From an uncultured Mycoplasmatota bacterium (GTDB lineage: Bacteria; Bacillota_I; Bacilli_A; RF39; UBA660): a stretch of 64,000 nucleotides of DNA. The translations under genes and the position numbers were made by a program. Below the pieces are notes generated by a model. That model was not told the origin of the DNA, searched no databases, and saw only the letters and a program-made list of their open reading frames with translations. The DNA is taken from NCBI GenBank assembly GCA_946498975.1, contig CAMMQC010000001.1, forward strand, positions 1 through 64,000, in the 5' to 3' direction. Within the stretch, counting starts at the first letter, position 1, and each line of letters starts with the position of its first letter. This document shows, piece after piece, positions 56,961-64,000 of the stretch.

Positions 56961-59907
56961 TTTCTCTCCTTATATAACTAATTTTACTAACTACTAATTG
57001 TAATTCATCATATCTTTTCTCTACTGTTCCTGTAAATATACAAATATCTCCTTTTTTAATATCAATATTATTTTTATATACTCTAGGAAAGAAGATAAAA
57101 TCAACCTGCCCTGTCTCATCACTTGCAGTTATAAAGGCCATATCTTCATTTTTCTTAGTCTTAATCGCTTTAACTTTTTCTACCATTACCATAACATTAA
57201 CTATTCTATTAAAGTAATTACCTATATAATTAATACTAACAATATTCTGATACTTACTCTTATATGTAGTAACAGGATGATTACTAATATAAAAGCCAAA
57301 GCACTCTTCTTCTTGTTCTAATAAAACACTATTAGGAAATTCATTAGTAATAATTATCTCTGGCTTTAATACTAAACTCTCATCTAAATCAATAGTCAAA
57401 GTTCCATAATTAACTAAACTGTCTAAATTAGTGATTAATGTTTTTTTATTAAACCCAAAATTCCTAAAAGCATTAGCTTTTATTAAAGACTCTAATTGTT
57501 TTTTAGTAACACCACCTCTAACTAATTTAGAAAAGGCATCATATATATCAGTAAATTCTTTATCTCTTGATTTTAATACTAAACTAGAAACACTTGTTCC
57601 TACACCTTTAATAGTAGAAAACGGAAAGATTATATTATTACCATCAATAACAAATCTATTAGTACTTTTATTTATATCAGGCTTTAATACTTTCAAATCA
57701 TGACTTCTTATCTCTCTTAAATATTCTTGCATTTTAGAGGAAGCTCCTATAACATTATTTAAAAGATTAGCATAGAACTCTAACTTATAATGTACTTTTA
57801 AATAAGCCATTTTATAAGCGACTAGAGAGTATGCAACAGCATGGGATTTATTAAAACCATAACCAGTGAATTTTAAGATGCTTGAAAATATTGTTTTAGA
57901 AATATTTTCATCGTGTCCTAACTCTTTCGCTTTACTTATAAATTTACTTTCTTCATTCTTTAAAACATCTACTTTTTTCTTACTAATCGCCCGTCTTAAG
58001 ATATCCGCTTCTCCTAATGTATAACCTGCATATATGTTTGCAACTTGCATTATTTGTTCTTGATATATCATAATACCATATGTTTCTTTTAAAATAGGTT
58101 CTAAGGACTTATCTTGATATATAACTTTCTCTCTTCCCTCTTTTCTTGCTATATATAAATCTATATTTTCAGCAGGACCAGGTCTAAATAGAGCGATCGC
58201 GGCGATTAAATCATCAAAACTACTAGGTTTAAGCTTTCTTAAGAATCCTCTCATTCCATTAGATTCAAATTGAAAGATACCACTAGTATCACTATTTGCA
58301 AATAATCTATAAACCTCATTATCATCTAAAGGAATATCATTAAACTCTATTCTTTCACCTCTAGTTTTATAAACCATATCCATTACATTCATGATAATAG
58401 TAAGATTTCTAATCCCTAGAAAATCCATCTTTAATAGACCCAACTCTTCTAAATAGTTCATAGAATATCCTGTTAAGTACATATCATCACTTTTAGTTAA
58501 AGGAATAACTTCATCTAAGTCCTTCTTACACATAACAATACCCGCTGCATGTGTTCCAATCTGTCTTGGGAATCCTTCGATAATAGAAGCGATTTTATAG
58601 ACTTTAGACAATACTTCATCACTGTTTATATATGCTCTAAACTTCTCATTTTCCCTATAAAACTCCTCTAACTTCTTATGAGACATAACAGGTATAAAAG
58701 ATGTTAGCCTATCTACTTTATATAAAGGTACACTAAATATACGAGATACATCTCTTAACACTTGTTTAGCAGCAAGAGTTCCAAATGTAACTATTCCAGA
58801 CACTCTTTTTTTACCATACTTATCAGTAACATAATTAATAATATCATCACGATATATATCAGGTATATCTGTATCTATATCAGGCATAGTCTTACGTTCT
58901 GGATTTAAGAATCTTTCAAATAGTAAGTTATATTTTAAAGGATCTATTTCGGTAATACCAAGAGAGTATGCAACTAAACTACCTGCTGCACTACCCCTAC
59001 CTGGTCCTACTAATATACCTTTCTTTTTAGCATTTCTAATAAAATCATAAACAACAAGAAAATAGTTAGCAAAGCCCGTATTATTAATTATATTTAATTC
59101 ATAACCTAATCTATCAAGATAATCTTTAGTAACATTATTATTAAGTCTTTTAGATAGCCCTGCTTTAGCAAGACTCATTAAATAAATAGATGAATCTACT
59201 CCCTTAGGACATTCATATATAGGTAGTAATAAACTAGGTTTAGGAAACTCTAAATTACATTCATCTACTATTTTTAAAGTATTAAGTAACCCTATATTTT
59301 CATAAGTATTAATAATATCAGTAACTTCTAACTCTTTATTTAAAATATCATAACTAATATTATCATTAAGAGTCTTACCATCCCTAATTAAATAAAGATA
59401 TTTTAAATAATCACTATCTTCTTTTTTCTTATATAAGCATGGCTTTAAATATACTATATCTTTAGTAATAACTAAAGCCTCACTTTCCTCTTTCTTATTA
59501 CTAAAGCCAAGATAAATATCCGTAAATTTATCTTTATGTTCTAAATAGAAATTTAAACTATCAAAAGGCACTAAAATAAAGAGATTATCTTTATATTTAA
59601 TAATATCATCTATTGTAATACTATTATCATTTACTCTTGTACATATTTTTATTAGATTAAGATAACCCTGATAGTCTTTAATATAAAGTAATATTTTATA
59701 ATTATCAAAAGACACTTCTAGTCCAACAACAGGTTTTATTTTCTTAAGATTACACTTCTTAATAAACTCTATTGTCCCATACATATTATCATCACAGATA
59801 ATAGCATTAGTTCTATTATTTTTTATATTAAAATCTATAATATCATCTATTGTTAAAAGACTTGAAAGTAAAGAGTAATTACTCTTAACATATAACATAT
59901 TATACAT
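56944..59907 (-). CDS. dnaE: DNA polymerase III alpha subunit (DnaE type), compact form. Start placed at MYNMLYV.
   Basis: N-terminal PHP domain, polymerase core (GFNKSHAVAYSLVAYKMAYLKVHY), C-terminal OB fold. RBS GGAGAG before ATG at 59907. Confidence 0.85.
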   Translation of the reverse strand: MYNMLYVKSNYSLLSSLLTIDDIIDFNIKNNRTNAIICDDNMYGTIEFIKKCNLKKIKPVVGLEVSFDNYKILLYIKDYQGYLNLIKICTRVNDNSITIDDIIKYKDNLFILVPFDSLNFYLEHKDKFTDIYLGFSNKKEESEALVITKDIVYLKPCLYKKKEDSDYLKYLYLIRDGKTLNDNISYDILNKELEVTDIINTYENIGLLNTLKIVDECNLEFPKPSLLLPIYECPKGVDSSIYLMSLAKAGLSKRLNNNVTKDYLDRLGYELNIINNTGFANYFLVVYDFIRNAKKKGILVGPGRGSAAGSLVAYSLGITEIDPLKYNLLFERFLNPERKTMPDIDTDIPDIYRDDIINYVTDKYGKKRVSGIVTFGTLAAKQVLRDVSRIFSVPLYKVDRLTSFIPVMSHKKLEEFYRENEKFRAYINSDEVLSKVYKIASIIEGFPRQIGTHAAGIVMCKKDLDEVIPLTKSDDMYLTGYSMNYLEELGLLKMDFLGIRNLTIIMNVMDMVYKTRGERIEFNDIPLDDNEVYRLFANSDTSGIFQFESNGMRGFLRKLKPSSFDDLIAAIALFRPGPAENIDLYIARKEGREKVIYQDKSLEPILKETYGIMIYQEQIMQVANIYAGYTLGEADILRRAISKKKVDVLKNEESKFISKAKELGHDENISKTIFSSILKFTGYGFNKSHAVAYSLVAYKMAYLKVHYKLEFYANLLNNVIGASSKMQEYLREIRSHDLKVLKPDINKSTNRFVIDGNNIIFPFSTIKGVGTSVSSLVLKSRDKEFTDIYDAFSKLVRGGVTKKQLESLIKANAFRNFGFNKKTLITNLDSLVNYGTLTIDLDESLVLKPEIIITNEFPNSVLLEQEEECFGFYISNHPVTTYKSKYQNIVSINYIGNYFNRIVNVMVMVEKVKAIKTKKNEDMAFITASDETGQVDFIFFPRVYKNNIDIKKGDICIFTGTVEKRYDELQLVVSKISYIRRENEEEE

Positions 59908-60042
59908 AATAATCACTCTCCTCTCTTCATTTATATCATACAGATGTATGCGAGTCAATAAAATTATGCGATTTTATTTGACTTTGTGTTATATTTATGA
60001 TAAAGTTATAAAGCAGAAACGTTTAGTAAAGGAGGAATTATT

Positions 60043-60225
60043 ATGGCAAAGAAAGTTACTAGCAAAAAGCCTTTAACTGGAAATAGTAGATCACATGCTT
60101 TAAATGCTACTAAAAGACAACAAAAACCAAATTTACAAGTAATTAGACTTGAAGATGGAACTAAAATTAGAATGAGTGCAAGAGAAATTAGAAGTTTAAG
60201 AAAACAAGATAAGCAAGCTGCTTAA
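60043..60225 (+). CDS. rpmB: 50S ribosomal protein L28
   Basis: PLTGNSRSHALNATKRQQKPNLQ matches the L28 signature. RBS AAAGGAGG. Confidence 0.85.
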   Translation: MAKKVTSKKPLTGNSRSHALNATKRQQKPNLQVIRLEDGTKIRMSAREIRSLRKQDKQAA

Positions 60226-60234
60226 AAGAAAAAA

Positions 60235-60265
60235 AAGATAATCGCCACAAACGATTATCTTTTTC
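60235..60265. terminator. Hairpin terminator AAGATAATCG-ccacaaa-CGATTATCTT followed by TTTTC
   Basis: Perfect 10-bp stem immediately after the rpmB stop. Overlaps the 3' end of the convergent gene. Confidence 0.6.
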
Positions 60266-60566
60266 TATTACCATAATGCATACTGGCTTGTTTTCTCATA
60301 TAATCCAAATTTCTAGATTCTTGTTTCCTAGCAAGTAATTGAAAATATGCTAAATCAAAAGTCTGACTTTTTGGTTTTGTTATTTCCTCTTTAGTATCAT
60401 CTACAATAGTTGCAAACTGAAATGTCATATTAGGCACAGTTTTTACTAAACTGTTAGATAAATTACCTCCTACTCTAGCCGAAGCTAAAGCCTCAGTATA
60501 TGACTTTTCTCTTATTTGATAGTTCATTAATTGCTCCTTTCTTACTGCGTGCTGATATATTATCAT
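60255..60566 (-). CDS. Hypothetical protein (about 90 aa if started at MNYQI)
   Basis: ORF only. Confidence 0.35.
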   Translation of the reverse strand: MIIYQHAVRKEQLMNYQIREKSYTEALASARVGGNLSNSLVKTVPNMTFQFATIVDDTKEEITKPKSQTFDLAYFQLLARKQESRNLDYMRKQASMHYGNRKR

Positions 60567-60615
60567 ATTTTAGATAATTTGTCAAACATTTTTTTGTAAT
60601 GCAATTAATGAATAC

Positions 60616-61137
60616 TTATCTTTCTAAATAATCTGCCCCTTTAAAAGATCCTCCTTCTGGTTCTTCTCTTAACAAATCATTAAAATTCTGTTGTCTTAAA
60701 GCTTCATATATAACAATCGCTACACTATTAGAAATATTTAAAGCTCTAACATTAGATGTCATTGGTATTCTAAGACAATGAGATAAATCATTCTTTAATA
60801 TTTCTTTAGGAATACCAGTAGACTCTTTTCCAAAGATAAAATATAAGTCTAAATTATCTTTATTACTATAATCAAAACTAGTATGTGGAACTCTACCATA
60901 TCTAGTTAAATAATAGTAGACACCATTATTTTTAGATGTAAAATCATCCCAATTCTCATATACTACATAATCTAGCTTATCTATATAATTAACTGCACTT
61001 CTTCTTAAATGAGCCTCATCTAAAGAAAATCCTAATGGTTTAATTAAATGTAATTTTGTATTAGTAGCAACACAAGTTCTCATAATATTACCAGTATTTT
61101 GTGGTATTTCAGGTTCAAACAAAACAATATGATTCAT
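60616..61137 (-). CDS. trmL: tRNA (cytidine/uridine-2'-O)-methyltransferase TrmL (SpoU family)
   Basis: IVLFEPEIPQNTGNIMRTC and SLNISNSVAIVIYE SPOUT motifs. About 170 aa. Confidence 0.8.
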   Translation of the reverse strand: MNHIVLFEPEIPQNTGNIMRTCVATNTKLHLIKPLGFSLDEAHLRRSAVNYIDKLDYVVYENWDDFTSKNNGVYYYLTRYGRVPHTSFDYSNKDNLDLYFIFGKESTGIPKEILKNDLSHCLRIPMTSNVRALNISNSVAIVIYEALRQQNFNDLLREEPEGGSFKGADYLER

Positions 61138-61167
61138 AACAAATATCCTCCTAAACTAAAACAAGAC

Positions 61168-61671
61168 TTATTGTCCTGCTTTATCATTAATATCAAGAAA
61201 ACTTAAAGCATCATCTCTTGTTAACAATGCTCCATTAAGTCCATCTTCTACTGCCGTAACTTTTCCATCAGTAAATTTAATTAAACATGGAATACGACTA
61301 ATAGTAAAATCAGTCCCTTCAAGCAATCTCTTTATATAAGTTTCCTTATCTTCTACATCTTCTAAATTAATATAAACTAAACTTTCATAATTATTCTTTT
61401 CTAAAGGTGATTTAATTGTCTCTTCAAAATCTCTACAATCACTATCACTAGCAGTACATAAATATAAAACTGGTGATGGATTTTCTGTTAAATAATGTTC
61501 AAATTCTGAAGGACTAATCTCAGAAACCACATCTTCTAAAACAGGTATTTCATTCTGATAATTTTTATAAGTATTATACCAACTAGCTAAATACAATACT
61601 AAAACTATTACTACAACATATATAACTACTAATACTACATAATTCTTTTTTTGTTTCTTTTTACTCTTCAT
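61168..61671 (-). CDS. Membrane-anchored hypothetical protein
   Basis: N-terminal TM. No confident motif. Confidence 0.35.
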   Translation of the reverse strand: MKSKKKQKKNYVVLVVIYVVVIVLVLYLASWYNTYKNYQNEIPVLEDVVSEISPSEFEHYLTENPSPVLYLCTASDSDCRDFEETIKSPLEKNNYESLVYINLEDVEDKETYIKRLLEGTDFTISRIPCLIKFTDGKVTAVEDGLNGALLTRDDALSFLDINDKAGQ

Positions 61672-61806
61672 ATCAGTATCACCTCTAACTTAATTTAATT
61701 GTAACACAATCTTAAAAAATTGAAAACAATAGTTTACAATTTTTTAGGCAGAAAAACCTCCACATTACACAATTAACCATAAACTATTATAAAGGAGGAG
61801 AAAGTC

Positions 61807-61992
61807 ATGTACAGTAGACCAATATATCCAAATAATAATAGAAATGGTTTCATTCCTTTAATAATTGGTGGTGTTATAGGATATGGACTAGGAAGTAATA
61901 ATAGACCTAATTATTATCCAATGTACCCTATTCCAGTTTATCAAGTATATCCACCATATTATTTTTATAGCCCCCCATATAGAGGAAGATAA
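61807..61992 (+). CDS. Small Tyr/Pro/Asn-rich protein with central TM segment (61 aa)
   Basis: RBS AAAGGAGGAG before ATG. Composition ...YPNNNRNG, hydrophobic IPLIIGGVIGYGL, then YYPMYPIPVYQVYPPYYFYSPPYRGR. Terminator follows. Confidence 0.5.
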   Translation: MYSRPIYPNNNRNGFIPLIIGGVIGYGLGSNNRPNYYPMYPIPVYQVYPPYYFYSPPYRGR

Positions 61993-62014
61993 GAAAAAAT
62001 CTTTCTTTTTTTGA

Positions 62015-62045
62015 AATAAAAAGTCCTATGGACTATTTTATTTCA
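62015..62045. terminator. Bidirectional hairpin ATAAAAAGTCC-tat-GGACTATTTTAT between convergent genes
   Basis: Stem flanked by A-run and T-run. Overlaps the greA stop. Confidence 0.5.
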
Positions 62046-62506
62046 GTTATTTCAACTTCATAACTTCCATTAGGACTTTCTACTGTAATAACATCTCCTA
62101 CTTTATGATTAAGTAAAGCTTTAGCGATAGGACTTTCATTAGAGATTCTTCCTTCAAAAGGATCTGCTTCTTGACTACCTACAATTTGGTATTCATCTGT
62201 ATCATCTTCATCATCTACATACTTAATAGAAACTGTGCTACCAAGACCAACTACATCTTTAGGAATATCTTTAATAATCTCTACATTTTCAAGCATCTTC
62301 TCAATAGTTTTAATTCTACCTTCAATTTGAGCTTGTTCATTTTTAGCAGCATCATAGTCAGCATTTTCAGATAAATCTCCTAAACTACGAGCCTCCTTAA
62401 TAGCCTGAATATTAGCAGGCCTTTTTTCATTTATTAATTCACTTAATTCATTTTTCAAATCATTAAGTCCTTCTTCTGTTAAATAAACTGTTTTTTTGTT
62501 TCCCAT
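62033..62506 (-). CDS. greA: Transcription elongation factor GreA
   Basis: LTEEGLNDLKNEL...GDLSENADYDAAK...GLGSTVSIKY. RBS GAGGTGA before ATG (MGNKK). Confidence 0.85.
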   Translation of the reverse strand: MGNKKTVYLTEEGLNDLKNELSELINEKRPANIQAIKEARSLGDLSENADYDAAKNEQAQIEGRIKTIEKMLENVEIIKDIPKDVVGLGSTVSIKYVDDEDDTDEYQIVGSQEADPFEGRISNESPIAKALLNHKVGDVITVESPNGSYEVEITEIK

Positions 62507-62652
62507 TGTAATCACCTCAAAAATTATTATAAACTAGCTAGGTCTCCCTAACCATAATACGAGTAAAATTTTAGCATAAATTTAACAAAATAGCAAGTAT
62601 TTTTTTTAGAAATTACTACTAGATATAGTATGCTATACACTTTAAAATGATA

Positions 62653-63351
62653 CTAAGAATTAACAATCCACTCTATTATTAACTTTTTTATAGCAAAATA
62701 CTCATATTTATCATATTGCATATTACAAATACAATATTTCTTATTAGCAATATGAGAACAAAACATACATTCATCTAAATTAAAACAGTCTTGAATAAAT
62801 AAAGAATTACTTATTTTATTAGAACAAATAACACTATAAGAATTACTACAATTATTAGAATCATCTACCCTAATTGAAAAAGTACAGTTACCACTACGTT
62901 GTGATGCTAACAAATACTCACTTCTACCACAACCATCACAAAATACAATGTTTTTACAATTAGAACAATTTGTAGAATTATAGACATAACTGGAGTCATA
63001 TATAGTATCACTTTTACTAACATAAGTAGAATTATAGCATCGCTCAGTTGTAATAGTGTTAATATCTTCCCAAGTATTAATTAACTCTTCCAAAGAACTA
63101 AAAGATATCTTTTCTTTCATAAACCCTTTACTACTATCAAGTCTTTCCATATTATCTTTAGTAATAAAATTAGTAGCATTATCAAAGTCAGTATAAGTCT
63201 CTTCATTAGTCATATTATCATACACTTTACGAGGAAGTTTTATATCAAAAGCATATTTTTTATAAATATTATCTAATGAATCTTTATTCTCTACTAAAAA
63301 TACTGCTTTAAATATCTTATTTATAATCAATAATACTTCTTCCCTACTCAT
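62653..63351 (-). CDS. Cys/Ser/Asn-rich hypothetical protein (about 20 Cys in C-terminal half)
   Basis: NCSNCKNIVFCDGCGR...CSNSYSVICSN...CFNLDECMFCSH...CICN. Overlaps upstream ORF by 8 bp, so likely an operon. Confidence 0.4.
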   Translation of the reverse strand: MSREEVLLIINKIFKAVFLVENKDSLDNIYKKYAFDIKLPRKVYDNMTNEETYTDFDNATNFITKDNMERLDSSKGFMKEKISFSSLEELINTWEDINTITTERCYNSTYVSKSDTIYDSSYVYNSTNCSNCKNIVFCDGCGRSEYLLASQRSGNCTFSIRVDDSNNCSNSYSVICSNKISNSLFIQDCFNLDECMFCSHIANKKYCICNMQYDKYEYFAIKKLIIEWIVNS

Positions 63352-64000
63352 ATCTATTACTTCCCTTTTTTCTACTATTAGAAAGAGTTATTAAGATATC
63401 TTTTAATTTTCTCGTTGTAAAGTTAGAGAAAGTATTCTTAACATTATTTTGTACTTTTTTAATCTTATCACTTACTTTAACTTTATCTCTTTTCAAAGGA
63501 ACTGCTACAAAATCAGTAGTTTTCGCCTTAACAACTGGTAGTAATTTACCATCCTTACTTAATCTTACTACAACTTCTCTATTATTTAAACCTGTAAGTA
63601 AATTAATTTTAACTTCATCTGTTACACTTCTAGCGAATTTAATATCTAAAACATCTTTTAATAGAACTGCATCACTTCTTGAAGTCCTAAATGCATAATA
63701 GTTAATAACATTTGCAAAGATTGAATCTTGTAACTTCTTACTAATCTGTCCAAAATACTGTTCTGTTAAAATAAGAGCGATATCAAATTTTCTCGCTTCC
63801 GCTAAAATTCTTTCCATAATGGGATTTTCAAGTAAGGATACTTCATCAACAACTAATATTAATTTCTTACCTATTTTATCTTCTATAGCAGATTCTAGTA
63901 TTCCTTCCATTACTAAAGAAGAAACAGTCTTAACTATTCTATCACCTAAAATACTTCTATCTAAAGAAAATATAGTTAAGTCATTATCTTTTATTACATC
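63344..64000 (-). CDS. P-loop ATPase of HerA/FtsK-like type, partial. Only the C-terminal part lies in the window and the ORF is open to the window end.
   Basis: LILVVDE (Walker B) followed by EARKFDIALILTEQ (Arg-finger/sensor pattern of HerA/FtsK/VirB4-like ATPases). The reading frame continues without a stop to position 64000. Confidence 0.4.
   Translation of the reverse strand, partial: DVIKDNDLTIFSLDRSILGDRIVKTVSSLVMEGILESAIEDKIGKKLILVVDEVSLLENPIMERILAEARKFDIALILTEQYFGQISKKLQDSIFANVINYYAFRTSRSDAVLLKDVLDIKFARSVTDEVKINLLTGLNNREVVVRLSKDGKLLPVVKAKTTDFVAVPLKRDKVKVSDKIKKVQNNVKNTFSNFTTRKLKDILITLSNSRKKGSNRYE

Noticed and set aside
57431-57703. Plus-strand ORF within dnaE
   Set aside because: Antisense to a conserved polymerase.
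62171-62374. Plus-strand ORF within greA
   Set aside because: Antisense to greA.
1-64000. Search for CRISPR arrays, rRNA and tRNA genes
   Set aside because: No regularly spaced short direct repeats with unique spacers. No GC-rich structured segments with tRNA or rRNA signatures were seen. The repeat families found are in-gene 222-bp tandem repeats, a 51-bp pair and 17-bp motifs, none CRISPR-like.

Overview
This is a very AT-rich chromosomal segment from a spore-forming Firmicute. The organism is inferred from the gene content and is not identified. The window is densely packed with housekeeping and sporulation genes, mostly on the minus strand. Recognisable blocks:
- rimP-nusA-ylxR-infB / rbfA-truB. 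The operon is split by an antisense 741-aa gene.
- smc, cotJB-cotJC, and a MacB-type ABC transporter.
- perR-like regulator with rubrerythrin.
- spoIIGA-sigE, comEC, comEA, spoVE.
- def.
- A T-box leader followed by HAD-pheS-pheT.
- frr, yqeH-yqeG, a NodB deacetylase, and pro-sigK, which is intact with no skin-like insert.
- priA, a rhomboid protease, rluD-lspA-dnaE, rpmB, trmL, greA.

Accessory or unusual content:
- A complete ISL3-family insertion sequence with 24-bp inverted repeats and an 8-bp target duplication, splitting a host gene.
- An IS30 transposase remnant abutting a truncated ASCH gene.
- A 473-aa ORF that fuses an M15/VanY-type peptidase domain to TruB.
- Two large paralogous proteins that combine sigma-70 region 2-like and region 4-like segments with about six HTH modules each. 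One of them is built from six near-identical 222-bp tandem repeats.
- An orphan MazF-like toxin.
- Small Gly/Cys/Trp-rich and Tyr/Pro-rich membrane peptides with strong ribosome-binding sites.
- A 30-codon hydrophobic ORF whose Shine-Dalgarno is sequestered in a hairpin, a type I toxin-like arrangement, between priA and sigK.
- A 17-bp motif present four times in one intergenic region.
- A two-gene cassette containing a ParB-like nuclease domain.

No rRNA, tRNA or CRISPR array was seen. All calls rest on reading the six-frame translations and the DNA by eye. No database searches were run.
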